Origin: Acaryochloris marina MBIC11017
GTDB taxonomy: Bacteria > Cyanobacteriota > Cyanobacteriia > Thermosynechococcales > Thermosynechococcaceae
Assembly: GCF_000018105.1 (NCBI RefSeq)
Contig: NC_009925.1
Location: 1,020,001-1,052,000 of the forward strand
Length of the DNA stretch: 32,000 bases
Direction: 5' to 3'
The position numbers were made by a program, and so were the translations under genes. The notes below the pieces were generated by a model. That model ran no database searches. It saw only the letters and a list, made by a program, of their open reading frames with translations, and was not told the origin of the DNA. Position 1 is the first letter of the stretch. Each line of letters starts with the position of its first letter. Of the stretch, positions 8,639 to 18,941 are shown piece after piece.

Positions 8639-9832
8639 TCAATACCCAGGCATATTCTGAGTCGGTTGCCCCTCCACTAAACGGGTATATAGCCCCACTA
8701 GGTTCACGCCCTGGTATAGGGCTAAGGAAGAATAGCGGGCCACATCTTGTTGAGTTTCAGGAAAATATAAACCTAAACCACACAACACTTCAGACTCAGA
8801 ATGGGGCAGAGGGGGACCGAAAAGTTGTCCTCCAGTCTTATGGGACACTATCACCGAGGTTTTGAGAAAATCAGTAAATTCAATGAGTTCATCCTCACTT
8901 TGTTCACTGAATTCCGAGAGACGCTGGAATAGCATGAGTGCATCACAATGCAACTCACCGAAGTATGGATAAGTGGAAATATTTAATTGACTGAGTGAAG
9001 GTAAACGACCCTGAAGAATGGGCTGGAGCAATTTTGAAAGTTGTTCAGGAATTCCCTCAACAGCTTGATTATCCACCAAAGTCAGGGTGTGATACATATT
9101 AGCCCTTTCAGTATCCATGATGGTAAGGGCAGCTTCACGTCCATCTGCTAACGCGTCAAGTTTTTTCAGCCAATCCTCATAGTAGTAATTTGGGGCACCC
9201 AAGGTAAGTTGCGAGGCAAGGGTGTATCGTGCACAGTCCTTGGCTTCGTAAATCACTTCGAGGGTCGCTTTATTGCAATTTTGAAAATACAGTAACTCAA
9301 CCTGGCCCTGCGTCGATTGGTTGAATTGACGGATAGCTTTGGTAAATTGGTCAACGCTCATCCAGGTGCGCGTCTGACGATTATGGGTGTGATCATCTGG
9401 ACTCAGTTCATTGATCTTGCCGCCATGACCCACAACAATGACAGCCCAATGCTCAGCTTCAAAGGTTTGCTTGGCCCAATTCAAATACGCGACTAAAGCA
9501 GTGTGATCGCTACTGTCTTCTTCTAAAACCTTGATCTCAGTAACAGTACCCTTAATAATCTGACGACGACGCATTCGGGACTTTCCCCAATAGTCAGATT
9601 GCACGGCTATTACAACGTCAGTGTTTTGGGTCCCACAGACCAACATCTCAATAATGGGTTCACCAAAATGTGACAAGTCGTTGTCGTAGGGCATCCAATA
9701 CAAAACAGCCCATTTATAGCGTGCATGGGCTGAAGCCAATTGGGCCGTTTGAGCAAAGTTTAATTCACGGCTCACTATCCCAGGCAAGCAAGCTGCGCCT
9801 ATCGCAGACTGAATAAACTTCCTTCGTTTCAT
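8639..9832 (-). CDS. Clostripain-like (peptidase C11 family, caspase-fold) cysteine protease with a twin-arginine signal peptide
   Basis: MKRRKFIQSAIGAACLPGIV...ASAHA is Tat-like (RRxFI). WAVLYWMPYDNDL resembles the C11 N-terminal motif W.(I/V).VYM.GDNNL. Putative catalytic His136 is in VVGHGG (nt 9425..9427) and Cys186 in LYFQNCN (nt 9275..9277). Confidence 0.65.
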   Translation of the reverse strand: MKRRKFIQSAIGAACLPGIVSRELNFAQTAQLASAHARYKWAVLYWMPYDNDLSHFGEPIIEMLVCGTQNTDVVIAVQSDYWGKSRMRRRQIIKGTVTEIKVLEEDSSDHTALVAYLNWAKQTFEAEHWAVIVVGHGGKINELSPDDHTHNRQTRTWMSVDQFTKAIRQFNQSTQGQVELLYFQNCNKATLEVIYEAKDCARYTLASQLTLGAPNYYYEDWLKKLDALADGREAALTIMDTERANMYHTLTLVDNQAVEGIPEQLSKLLQPILQGRLPSLSQLNISTYPYFGELHCDALMLFQRLSEFSEQSEDELIEFTDFLKTSVIVSHKTGGQLFGPPLPHSESEVLCGLGLYFPETQQDVARYSSLALYQGVNLVGLYTRLVEGQPTQNMPGY

Positions 9833-9926
9833 AAGGAACTTAAAGCAGTTCAGAAATGCGAGTGGGACCGCACAATCAATTCCTAGGCTAGGAGATTCTT
9901 TGAGCCAGGCCTTTGAGGCCGTTGTT

Positions 9927-10754
9927 CTACACCAGATTGCGATCTGTCAGGATTTCATATCCAGTTTTAGTGACCAGAATGGTGTGCTCAAACTGAGCTG
10001 ACAGCGCATTATCAACCGTCACTGCCGTCCAGCGATCTTTGAGAATCTTGGTCACCTTGGAACCCGCATTGAGAATCGGCTCAATGGCTAACGTCATCCC
10101 AGAGCGAAGTTTGACATTGCGCATCTGGCGGGTGCGATAGTTAAACACCGAGGGTTCTTCGTGGAGATTACGACCGACCCCATGTCCAGTAAAGTCTTCT
10201 ACCACTACAAAACCATTTCCTTCCACATGGTCTTGGATAGCTCCGGCAATATCCATGAGGTAATTGCCTTCTTTAACCTGCTCAATACCCTTAAAGAGGG
10301 ATTCTTCAGCTATTTTGATGAGTTTGGCCGCATCAGGAGTAACTTCTTCAACCGCAATGGTAATACAGGAATCGCCATGAAAGCCTTCAAAATACGCGCC
10401 CGTATCAACCTTTAAGACATCACCTGACTGAATCACTTTTTTGGGATTGGGAATACCATGGACCACTTCATGGTTAATGCTGGCGCAAATAGAAGCGGGA
10501 AAACCGTGATATCCCTTGAAACTAGGGGTGGCTCCCATCTCGCGAATTCGCTTTTCGGCATGGGCATCCAAATCAGCCGTGGTCATGCCCGGTTCCACCA
10601 ATTCAGAAATTTCTTTCAGAACCGTGGCGACAATTCGGGACGCCTGTCGCATGATTTCAATCTCACGCTTGGACTTGATTTCAATCCCTCGACCTCGTTG
10701 CTTCGGTACAGAGGGCTGGGCAGGCTGTGCCAATAGATTAGAGAGAATGTTCAT
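9927..10754 (-). CDS. map: Type I methionine aminopeptidase
   Basis: Full-length match to the MetAP-I pattern: [60 protein letters not shown]. Confidence 0.95.
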   Translation of the reverse strand: MNILSNLLAQPAQPSVPKQRGRGIEIKSKREIEIMRQASRIVATVLKEISELVEPGMTTADLDAHAEKRIREMGATPSFKGYHGFPASICASINHEVVHGIPNPKKVIQSGDVLKVDTGAYFEGFHGDSCITIAVEEVTPDAAKLIKIAEESLFKGIEQVKEGNYLMDIAGAIQDHVEGNGFVVVEDFTGHGVGRNLHEEPSVFNYRTRQMRNVKLRSGMTLAIEPILNAGSKVTKILKDRWTAVTVDNALSAQFEHTILVTKTGYEILTDRNLV

Positions 10755-10976
10755 GCGTTTTTGAAGACAGGTTTGCTGTGGATATAGACCAATCGACTGA
10801 ACAATGCAGCAGCAAGCTACATGAATTGATCACCCTATCCATAAGGATAGCGCCAAATTCTCCTTCATAGGCAGATAGGCACTGCCATAAGGGGGAATTA
10901 TCATACTGACCAACGCCTCTTACCTTTGTTGAGAATTGTGCTTGCCCCTCGCCATAGCCCCATGAAGCTCAAGGCT

Positions 10977-12521
10977 CTAATTCACACAGCCAATATGCCG
11001 AAGCATTTTCAGCTGTTTTTGCACAGGCACTAAGGCATGGGCCGCTAAGAATCCACTCGCCGCAACCGCAGGCATACCAATCCCCGGAAAAGTGGAATCG
11101 CCACAGCAAAGCAGACCCGGAATTTTCGTTTTGGGGCCAGGGAAAAGCCCAGTACCTGCTCGAATCCCCGGTCCATAGGTACCCCGATGGCGACGTAGAA
11201 ATCGCTCATGGGTTAAGGGTGTGCCCACCAAGGACACCTCACAACGGGATCGAATATCGGGGATAATCCGTTCCAAAGCCTGCCACATCACCTCTGCCCG
11301 CTGTTGCTTAAGCTGAGCATAGTCAGAACTGTTCCGATCCAACCCCTGCCAGATGTCATAGGGTTCATTGCCAGGGGTATAAACATGAATCACATGCTTA
11401 TTCTCAGGGGCAAGTGAGGGATCTAGCAGGGACGGAATAGACACCAAAACTACATTCTGGGGGGCCGTTACTCCTTGCTGCCAATCATTCACCACAATGT
11501 AGTGACAGGCTAAATCTGAGGGCAGGTTCTGCCCATCAATTCCCAAGTGAAAATGCATAAAGCTAGGGCAGTCCGGCAACGTTTGTTGTTGTCGGTAACG
11601 GCTATGGGAAGCGGGCAATATAGCAGCCGTATCCCAGAAAGACGCATTTGAAATCACCGCCTGTCGGCATCGCAATTCCTCCCCGGTTCGTAACCGCACA
11701 CCAACTGCTCGATGGTTCTCAATCAGGATCTCTTCGACATGGGAACTGAATCGGATCTGGCCGTCCTGTTTTGTCAACCCTCGGAGCAGCGCTTCTGCGA
11801 TCGCACCACTGCCACCCATGGGATAATCCAGCACCACATCCGGGCGATACCATTCCCCAAACATAAAGGCCATTTCCGCCGCAATAATCCCATCCGCTGG
11901 TAACCCCGCCAGTAGGAAACACATTAAATCCAGCCAGTTAAGCAGAAATTCATCCGTGACCTGCCCCTGAATTACTTGGCTAAACGGGCCGGTTAGTTGG
12001 GCGAGATGGGGAAATTGCTTGAGGAGTTTAGGGATAAACCGACCGACGGTTTGCAATACACCTAAGTCAAATCGTATTGCTGCAGCAGGAAGTGCGATCG
12101 CAGCTTCTTTCAACGGCTCCATTCGCTGCTGCAAAGTTCGCCATTGGGCAACCGCTGATTCTCCTCGCAGCTCCCGCACGACTTCACAAAACTGATCGGC
12201 CCCGACCGAGGTAAAGAAATTCCCCTCTGGTAAACAGCATCCCCAAGTACCGTAGGTTGCCCATTCTAAATCTTCACCAATGGCATCTAGCACCTGGCGT
12301 AAGGGGTTCGGGGAGGGACTGAAGGATAATCCTGAGAACAGAGAAGGACCTGAGTCAAAGGTATAGCCCTGGCGTTGGAAGCCATGGGCGGCCCCACCCG
12401 GTAAAGTATGACTTTCACAGACCAAAACCTTAAGGCCATACTGGGCCAACAGCGCCCCACAACTCAATCCACCAGTGCCACTGCCGATGATGATTACATC
12501 TAAATGGTCGTCCTTAACCAT
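10977..12521 (-). CDS. FAD-dependent oxidoreductase of the phytoene desaturase / carotenoid isomerase (CrtISO/CrtH-like) family
   Basis: Rossmann dinucleotide motif DVIIIGSGTGGLSCGALLAQYGLKVLVCESHTLPGGAAHGF. Length 514 aa. C-terminal GDSTFPGIGMPAVAASG is typical of the family. The exact substrate cannot be told from sequence alone. Confidence 0.8.
   Translation of the reverse strand: MVKDDHLDVIIIGSGTGGLSCGALLAQYGLKVLVCESHTLPGGAAHGFQRQGYTFDSGPSLFSGLSFSPSPNPLRQVLDAIGEDLEWATYGTWGCCLPEGNFFTSVGADQFCEVVRELRGESAVAQWRTLQQRMEPLKEAAIALPAAAIRFDLGVLQTVGRFIPKLLKQFPHLAQLTGPFSQVIQGQVTDEFLLNWLDLMCFLLAGLPADGIIAAEMAFMFGEWYRPDVVLDYPMGGSGAIAEALLRGLTKQDGQIRFSSHVEEILIENHRAVGVRLRTGEELRCRQAVISNASFWDTAAILPASHSRYRQQQTLPDCPSFMHFHLGIDGQNLPSDLACHYIVVNDWQQGVTAPQNVVLVSIPSLLDPSLAPENKHVIHVYTPGNEPYDIWQGLDRNSSDYAQLKQQRAEVMWQALERIIPDIRSRCEVSLVGTPLTHERFLRRHRGTYGPGIRAGTGLFPGPKTKIPGLLCCGDSTFPGIGMPAVAASGFLAAHALVPVQKQLKMLRHIGCVN
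11797..11804. repeat. HIP1 palindrome GCGATCGC
   Basis: Exact octamer read from the sequence. Confidence 0.95.
12094..12101. repeat. HIP1 palindrome GCGATCGC
   Basis: Exact octamer read from the sequence. Confidence 0.95.
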
Positions 12522-12607
12522 CCTTGGTTACTCCATACCTCGGTTATTAATGGTAAATTCGCCAAGGATATTAAAACAACGCGATTTCTCTTCTCCTCTA
12601 AACGCCT

Positions 12608-13408
12608 ATGACCTTACTGCAAGCAATTATTTTGGGGATTGTGCAGGGGCTCACAGAGTTTCTGCCCGTCTCCAGCTCTGGGCATTTAGTGCTCGCCAGC
12701 TATTACTTAGGTTGGTGGGAAAAGCTACCCCTTTATGTAGATATCGCCACCAATACAGGCACATTCTTCGCCGTTCTAGTTGTCCTCCGTAAAGATGTCT
12801 GGCAAGCTTTATCTGGCTTTTTTGCGGGCCTGACTTCGTCTACGGCTCGGCAACAAGAGGGATGGCGAATGGCGTTACTGGTGGTTTTAGGATCCATCCC
12901 CACAGCCATGATTGGGTTGGGCTTGAAACCCATTTTTGAGGAACTCAATCAGCCTCTCTATGTGTCCTTTGCCTTGATCGTGACTGGGCTGGTGTTATGG
13001 TTCACCCCCAAGTCCGGTCTCAAGCGCAATGCCATGTCCCTTAGCTGGCTGGATGCCACCATTGGCGGCATTGCTCAAGGATGTGCTGTTATTCCAGGCA
13101 TCTCCCGGTCTGGCAGCACCATTTCCACTATGTTGTGGCGCGGTGCGACCTCCGATTTAGCCCCCCGATTTTCTTTTCTCATGTATTTGGTGGTGTCCTT
13201 TGGTGTAGCTATTTTGGGCATTGATGAAGTGCGAGAAGAAGGACTACAACTCGCTCCCCTTCTAGGCATGATTATTGCCTCTTTTGTTACGGGCTACATC
13301 GCGTTGCTTTGGCTGTTTTCCGTTTTAAAAAAGGGACAGTTCAAATGGTTTGCCCCCTACCTCTGGGTCGTTGCGGCGATCACATTAATTAAAGTTGCCA
13401 TGGGCTAG
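12608..13408 (+). CDS. uppP: Undecaprenyl-diphosphate phosphatase (BacA/UppP)
   Basis: ILGIVQGLTEFLPVSSSGHL and PGISRSGSTI motifs. Polytopic membrane protein of 266 aa. Confidence 0.95.
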   Translation: MTLLQAIILGIVQGLTEFLPVSSSGHLVLASYYLGWWEKLPLYVDIATNTGTFFAVLVVLRKDVWQALSGFFAGLTSSTARQQEGWRMALLVVLGSIPTAMIGLGLKPIFEELNQPLYVSFALIVTGLVLWFTPKSGLKRNAMSLSWLDATIGGIAQGCAVIPGISRSGSTISTMLWRGATSDLAPRFSFLMYLVVSFGVAILGIDEVREEGLQLAPLLGMIIASFVTGYIALLWLFSVLKKGQFKWFAPYLWVVAAITLIKVAMG

Positions 13409-13415
13409 CCCGCCT

Positions 13416-14606
13416 CTAAAAATGATCGCTCAGCCATGGTTGAGGGCCACTAAAGAGCGTGGTTGCCAAAGCTAGCACCTCCCTCGATCCATCTACAGCC
13501 CCCAGCAGCTTTAGCTCCTGGGCCGTCAGCAAACTGGAATAGAGCGGCGCCAGACCGCGAATATTCAATTTCAAATCTCCTCGCCCCCCGGTTCTCACCT
13601 GCCCCTGTCCTTGGGATACTTGCAATACAAACTGGCCTGAATTAGCAGGCACGAGTGGATCGTCTACTTGTAAATGCAGCTCTGCTTCCAGGGCAGATGG
13701 GTAGCCCCGCAGGGTTAACGCCTTGGGTAAATCGACAATCCGCATCAACCAGCGTTCTGTTTTCTTTACCTGATAGGTTTGTTCCGCCAGAAAAAGCTGC
13801 AATGGATCAACGGGAGCCCCATACCACTGGATATCCTTAGCCAAGGACCGATGATCAGCAAAGAAGGTCCACAGTCGTTGTCCTGCAGCGGGTGTGAGCC
13901 ACACCCAGTCGTAAATATTGATGTTGTAACACCCAGCATCCACCTGATGGGCAAAGATCACGTATCCCTCCGGGTGGTCCGCTTCTCCAATTAAATAGGT
14001 ATAGATAGGCGTATCATCCTCCAGCATCTGCTCCCAAATTGCCAGATGGCGATCCAGGTTGCCGTTGGTTTGTTGGGCTCGCTGCTGATACAGCTCAGCC
14101 AGGACACCTAAATCACTGGAGTCAATCGCTGTGACCGGTAAACTCCGATCTTTAAGCATCAAGGACTGGGTGGGCAGATGATAGCAACAGTAGGTGCCCG
14201 CTTGTTCAAACCCGACGCTTCGATACAGTTGTGAGGTGGACGCATACAAGGTCGCTAATGGAACGCCCTGCTGATGAAAGGTTTTCACGGTTTCAGCCAT
14301 CAGAGACCGGGCGACCCCTGCCCCTCGATATTCTGGGGCAATGCCCACGCCAGCAATACCATGCATGGGAATGCGCTGCCCGCCAAACCACTGGCCCATG
14401 GGATAAATCCCTAGGCCCCCCAAGACGGTATCACCCTGGCAAATGACTCTTAAATTATCTTTTCCCAGCTGCCGGGCAAAGGTCTGCCAATGATCGGCAG
14501 ACACATTAAAACATTGAGTTAACACTTGCCCCAAAGCCTGGACTTGGCGGGAGGTGGTAGGGATGCCAACCTCGTAGTGCTGATTGGAAATCTGGGACAT
14601 TCTCAA
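13416..14606 (-). CDS. GNAT N-acetyltransferase of the Eis-like type (GNAT plus sterol-carrier-like C-terminal region)
   Basis: Acetyl-CoA motif GVGIAPEYRGAGVARSLM. Its ~400 aa length and overall layout resemble Eis-family enzymes. TTG start in the ORF track; ATG two codons downstream at 14598..14600. Confidence 0.75.
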   Translation of the reverse strand: MRMSQISNQHYEVGIPTTSRQVQALGQVLTQCFNVSADHWQTFARQLGKDNLRVICQGDTVLGGLGIYPMGQWFGGQRIPMHGIAGVGIAPEYRGAGVARSLMAETVKTFHQQGVPLATLYASTSQLYRSVGFEQAGTYCCYHLPTQSLMLKDRSLPVTAIDSSDLGVLAELYQQRAQQTNGNLDRHLAIWEQMLEDDTPIYTYLIGEADHPEGYVIFAHQVDAGCYNINIYDWVWLTPAAGQRLWTFFADHRSLAKDIQWYGAPVDPLQLFLAEQTYQVKKTERWLMRIVDLPKALTLRGYPSALEAELHLQVDDPLVPANSGQFVLQVSQGQGQVRTGGRGDLKLNIRGLAPLYSSLLTAQELKLLGAVDGSREVLALATTLFSGPQPWLSDHF

Positions 14607-14782
14607 GCACCTCTTCTAAAATTGCCCCTGTTCAGTCTCCAGACGAGACCTCTCAAATCGTTGTCGGTCAACAGATAGGCAAAAATTTTCAGCCCCCAGA
14701 TGACATCCAGGGATATGTTGGTATACTAGATGAGCTTTTGTGCATTAGTCACCCTGACTGATGTCGGAGCGCTTCCCAATTT

Positions 14783-14864
14783 GCGGATGTGGTGGAATTG
14801 GTAGACACGCACGCTTGAGGGGCGTGTGGCTTATGCCTTGCGAGTTCGATTCTCGCCATCCGCA
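14783..14864 (+). tRNA. tRNA-Leu, anticodon GAG (class II, long variable arm), no encoded CCA
   Basis: Folded by hand. Acceptor GCGGATG/CATCCGC plus discriminator A. D arm GTG-GAATTGGTAGA-CAC. Anticodon stem CACGC/GCGTG with loop TTGAGGG. Variable arm GGC-TTAT-GCC. T arm GCGAG-TTCGATT-CTCGC. Confidence 0.9.
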
Positions 14865-14897
14865 TAGCTATTCCTTAAAAATATTGAAATATCAGCC

Positions 14898-15329
14898 CTA
14901 GGGTTCGCTTGCTTCCGCTTGCGGGGCAAACAGAACATTATCTGCATGACTTTGCGGAAAAAAGTTAACGCCGACAGCTGATGCGGCCAAATAAGCGGTA
15001 CTCAACACCACAACAGACAGCAGGCTTCCCGCCAACCCCATAGAAAGATAGCGACGCAGGCCTTGATCATGAGCCTCTAGCTGGGCAATCCTCACTCGTT
15101 TATGAGTTCTCCGATCTTTCCCTAGCAAAACGACAAAGTAATATTTGCGTCCCAACAGCGAGAAGGACTTACGGACATCCAACTTCCGACTGGGTGGAGA
15201 AGAGCTAGTTAAAGCCGTCATCAGAGCCTGACGCTGTGTGGCATCAAAGGACTCAGCCACCTCTAAGGGGAGCTTATTCAGGAATCGCGCGAGAGTTTCC
15301 TCTTCCTTACTGTTATTTGCCGGAATCAT
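14898..15329 (-). CDS. Hypothetical protein with a C-terminal membrane helix (143 aa)
   Basis: ORF with an ATG start, plausible composition and a hydrophobic segment LSMGLAGSLLSVVVLSTAYLAASAV. No family recognised. Confidence 0.5.
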   Translation of the reverse strand: MIPANNSKEEETLARFLNKLPLEVAESFDATQRQALMTALTSSSPPSRKLDVRKSFSLLGRKYYFVVLLGKDRRTHKRVRIAQLEAHDQGLRRYLSMGLAGSLLSVVVLSTAYLAASAVGVNFFPQSHADNVLFAPQAEASEP

Positions 15330-15415
15330 CAGGATGTTCTCCCAAACTGTACTAGCAGAATACCGTGGTTATTCTGCCCAAAACAGCGTGATTTCACTTA
15401 TATTTGTGGCGGGCA

Positions 15416-16381
15416 TCAAACACTCATCTCTAGCATGCGCTGAATGGGATGGAGGGCAGCTTGGCGAATGTCTGCCGGCATCGTGATTTCCGGTTTGCGA
15501 TCGCGCATCGATACATACAGTTTTTCCAAAGTATTCAAGCGCATGTAGGGGCATTCATTACAGGCACAGTTCCCTGTAGGCGGCGCCGGAATAAATTGCT
15601 TGCCAGGGGCCTGCTTTTCCATCTGGTGCAAGATGCCGGATTCCGTCGCCACGATAAAGGTGTCTAGGGGACTGGTTTGCGTATATTTCAGGAGAGCTGT
15701 TGTGGAACCAATAAAGCTGGCATGTCTCAAAATGGTAGCTTCGCATTCCGGGTGAGCAATCACCTCCGCTTGGGGATTCTTGGTTTTGAGTTCAATCAAC
15801 CGCCGTTCAGAAAAGGTTTCATGAACGATACAGCTTCCTTGCCAGAGCACCAAGTCCCGCCCCGTTTCGGCCATCACGTAGCGACCCAGATTTTGATCAG
15901 GAGCAAAAATAATCGGTCGATCAGCAGGGATTTGATTGACAATATGAACCGCGTTGGAGCTAGTGCAGATAATGTCGCTCATAGCCTTAATTTCAGCCGT
16001 ACAGTTGATGTAGGAAATCACCAAGTGATCGGGGTGAGCAGCTTTGAAAGCGGCAAATTGGTCAGGGGGACAACTATCTGCCAAAGAACAACCGGCGTCC
16101 ACATCAGGCAGCAATACCAATTTATCTGGATTCAAAATTTTAGCCGTCTCCGCCATGAAATGAACGCCAGCGAAAACAATGACTTCAGCATTGGTGTCGG
16201 CAGCTTGGCGAGAGAGGCCTAAAGAGTCCCCTAAGTAATCTGCGACATCTTGGATCTCGGGTTCTTGGTAGTAGTGGGCCAAGACAATGGCATTGAGATC
16301 TTTCTTTAGATCATTAATCGCTCCCACTAAATCATGGGGCGTTGACAAAACATCATTTGGGCGGAGGGCAGTTGTAAACAC
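15416..16381 (-). CDS. nadA: Quinolinate synthase
   Basis: Full-length NadA pattern: [44 protein letters not shown]. Confidence 0.95.
   Translation of the reverse strand: MFTTALRPNDVLSTPHDLVGAINDLKKDLNAIVLAHYYQEPEIQDVADYLGDSLGLSRQAADTNAEVIVFAGVHFMAETAKILNPDKLVLLPDVDAGCSLADSCPPDQFAAFKAAHPDHLVISYINCTAEIKAMSDIICTSSNAVHIVNQIPADRPIIFAPDQNLGRYVMAETGRDLVLWQGSCIVHETFSERRLIELKTKNPQAEVIAHPECEATILRHASFIGSTTALLKYTQTSPLDTFIVATESGILHQMEKQAPGKQFIPAPPTGNCACNECPYMRLNTLEKLYVSMRDRKPEITMPADIRQAALHPIQRMLEMSV
15497..15504. repeat. HIP1 palindrome GCGATCGC
   Basis: Exact octamer read from the sequence. Confidence 0.95.
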
Positions 16382-17014
16382 TGGTCAGCGTCTATTTTTT
16401 GACGAAGGTTAATAGTTGATAACTAGAATTATAGTTGAATTTACCAAAAATGCCTAATCCAACCCTGCGAACCCTCTCTGCGAGGGATCTATTTCGGAGC
16501 TGAGAGGTCTGCCGTCTCCCAGTAAATAACTCCGAAGATGAAGTGACATTCTAGAAAGACTAAGAACGATGAAGCAAAATATTCAAATATTAAATTAAGG
16601 TAAGGCTTATCCCTGGCAAGGGTTAAGGAAATTGGATCAGTGTTAGCCTATGTGCAGACAAATGATTACACAATTAAATATTTCTGGTATCGAGGCATCA
16701 GCTTTCACCAACATTTAGTTTGGTCTCGTTTATTCTTCCACCTGGAGATTCTTACATTTAGTCACTTAGTTCTACTAAGGTGTGGTTTGAGGAAGATAAA
16801 GCTGATAGGGGGGAGAGGAGCTTATTGCTTCAATGTCAGTGTTATGGGCGTTTACTAGCTGAATTTTCTCACTAATTCGCTAGGAGCCTAGCGCTTATCT
16901 CTCATGCATTATCTCAGATAGATGATGTCCAGTATTCCTTTTGGGTACTGGGTCAGATGTGTGTTGACTTGAGCACGATTCCATTTGAGCTGTTTCAGCA
17001 TCAAGACTTGAACC

Positions 17015-17302
17015 ATGGACAATATCATTCCTCTATTTGGTACTTCGCAACCAGAGATTAAGGTTGTGAAGCCCAGCTCCTTTGAAGAAGCCCAACAAGC
17101 AGTCGATCACCTTAAAAGTGGTTGTCTGGTGATGTGTAATGTTTCTGAACTACCCTTTAAGCTAGCTCAGCGCATTATCGATTTTTTATCCGGTAGTATC
17201 GATATTCTCTCTGGAGATGTCGTGAAAGTGGGTAGTGGCGTTTTTCTCTACAGCTTGACAGAAATTGAAGTGGCAGGCTTCCAGGATCAGCGATCTGCTT
17301 AA
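17015..17302 (+). CDS. Short SepF-family (cell-division, FtsZ-binding) protein, core domain only (95 aa)
   Basis: VVKPSSFEEAQQAVDHLKSGCLVMCNVSELPFKLAQRIIDFLSGSIDILSGDVVKVGSGVFLYS aligns closely with the B. subtilis SepF core as I remember it ([53 protein letters not shown]). An in-frame TGA at 17009..17011 rules out a longer N-terminus. Confidence 0.8.
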   Translation: MDNIIPLFGTSQPEIKVVKPSSFEEAQQAVDHLKSGCLVMCNVSELPFKLAQRIIDFLSGSIDILSGDVVKVGSGVFLYSLTEIEVAGFQDQRSA

Positions 17303-17471
17303 ACTTCTAATTCTCTAACCATCCGAAATTATGGTGATTTGTGCTGCAGAAGCACGAACAAAAGGGGCGTTGCCTCCTAGATTGAGCTTCCTCAGCCTGA
17401 GTGGGGCATGATTCTGGTCTAAGCTAGGCATAGGTCATTGCGGCCTGCCCCTTACTGCAGACTATATCCTC

Positions 17472-18941
17472 ATGATTGCCACAGATACTCAACGCAATTG
17501 GCAACCTATCATCCGACAAATGCAGACTATTGTCGGCCAAGACGGAGTAATGGTGACCCCAGAGGAGCTATCCGTCTATGAATGCGATGGTTTAGCCAGT
17601 TATCGGCAACGTCCTAGCTTAGTTGTGCTGCCCCAAACAACGGCAGAAGTGGCAGCAGCGGTAGAGATTTGCGATCGCAACCAGATACCCTTTGTAGCTC
17701 GAGGCTCTGGAACGGGTTTGTCTGGCGGAGCAATGCCCACGGAAGGTTGTGTGTTAATTGTCACCTCACGCATGAATAAAATTCTTGAAATTGATATTGA
17801 GAACCAATGCGTGGTGGTCCAACCCGGGGTGATTAATGCTTGGGTGACCCAGGCGGTCGCACCTAATGGCTTTTACTATGCCCCCGATCCGTCTAGCCAG
17901 ATTATTTGCTCCATCGGTGGCAATATTGCCGAAAACTCTGGTGGTGTTCATTGTCTCAAGTATGGGGTAACCACCAACCATGTCTTGGGAATGAAAATGG
18001 TCCTCACCAATGGTGAGGTGGTGGATCTAGGGGGCAAGGTTGCAGATATGCCAGGTTATGACCTGACAGGGGTGTTTGTGGGGTCGGAAGGAACCTTAGG
18101 CATTGCCACGGAAATTACCCTGAGAATTTTACGCAGCGCTGATGCTATTTCCGTACTACTTGCCGATTTCACCACCATTGATGCCGCCGGGAAAACCGTT
18201 GCCGACATTATCGGGGCAGGTGTGATTCCCGCTGGTATGGAAATTATGGATAACTTCAGCATTAACGCGGTGGAGGATGTGGTGGCAACAGACTGCTATC
18301 CGCGCGATGCGGGTTCTATCCTCTTGATTGAGCTGGATGGTCTGCAAGTTGAAGTGAATGCCAGTAGTGAACGGGTTAAAGAAATTTGCCGCCAAAATGG
18401 TGCTCGAAATATCACCGTAGCCACAGAGCCAGAAGAACGGCTGAGGCTGTGGCAGGGACGGAAAGCAGCGTTTGCGGCTGCTGGTAAGCTTAGTCCCAAC
18501 TATTTTGTTCAAGATGGGGTAATTCCTAGAACAGAACTGGCCTATGTCTTAGGCGAAATTAATACTCTCGGTGAAAAGTTTGGCTACCGCATTGCCAATG
18601 TTTTCCATGCCGGAGATGGCAATTTACATCCCTTGATTCTTTATGATGAGTCGGTTCCGGGGTCTTTGGAAAAGGTGGAAGAGTTAGGCGGCGAAATTCT
18701 GAAGCTCTGTGTGCGCGTTGGCGGCAGTATTTCCGGTGAACATGGCATTGGAGCGGATAAGCGCTGCTATATGCCGGATATGTTTTCGGAGGCGGATTTA
18801 GAAACGATGCAATGGGTTCGCCATGTATTTAACCCCAAGGAGCTAGCCAATCCTGGCAAGGTGTTTCCTACACCTCGCACCTGTGGGGAAGGGGCCCATA
18901 CCCATTTACCTGTGGAGATTGATGGGGCAATGCTGTTTTAA
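17472..18941 (+). CDS. glcD: Glycolate oxidase/dehydrogenase subunit GlcD (FAD-linked oxidase)
   Basis: FAD-binding PCMH-type domain (VVLPQTTAEVAAAVEICDRNQIPFVARGSGTGLSGG). C-terminal GGSISGEHGIGADK. Length 489 aa. Confidence 0.9.
   Translation: MIATDTQRNWQPIIRQMQTIVGQDGVMVTPEELSVYECDGLASYRQRPSLVVLPQTTAEVAAAVEICDRNQIPFVARGSGTGLSGGAMPTEGCVLIVTSRMNKILEIDIENQCVVVQPGVINAWVTQAVAPNGFYYAPDPSSQIICSIGGNIAENSGGVHCLKYGVTTNHVLGMKMVLTNGEVVDLGGKVADMPGYDLTGVFVGSEGTLGIATEITLRILRSADAISVLLADFTTIDAAGKTVADIIGAGVIPAGMEIMDNFSINAVEDVVATDCYPRDAGSILLIELDGLQVEVNASSERVKEICRQNGARNITVATEPEERLRLWQGRKAAFAAAGKLSPNYFVQDGVIPRTELAYVLGEINTLGEKFGYRIANVFHAGDGNLHPLILYDESVPGSLEKVEELGGEILKLCVRVGGSISGEHGIGADKRCYMPDMFSEADLETMQWVRHVFNPKELANPGKVFPTPRTCGEGAHTHLPVEIDGAMLF
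17671..17678. repeat. HIP1 palindrome GCGATCGC
   Basis: Exact octamer read from the sequence. Confidence 0.95.

Noticed and set aside
12475-12792. 105-aa plus-strand ORF spanning the oxidoreductase start and the uppP start
   Set aside because: It overlaps two strongly supported genes in the wrong frame or strand.
15677-16222. 181-aa plus-strand ORF
   Set aside because: It is entirely antisense to nadA, which matches its family end to end. It has no motifs of its own.
16640-16858. 72-aa GTG-initiated ORF in the nadA/sepF-like spacer
   Set aside because: The region is AT-rich, the start is non-ATG, and the composition is odd (Phe/Leu/Tyr-rich, with no signal or motif). I treat the region as non-coding until transcript data say otherwise.
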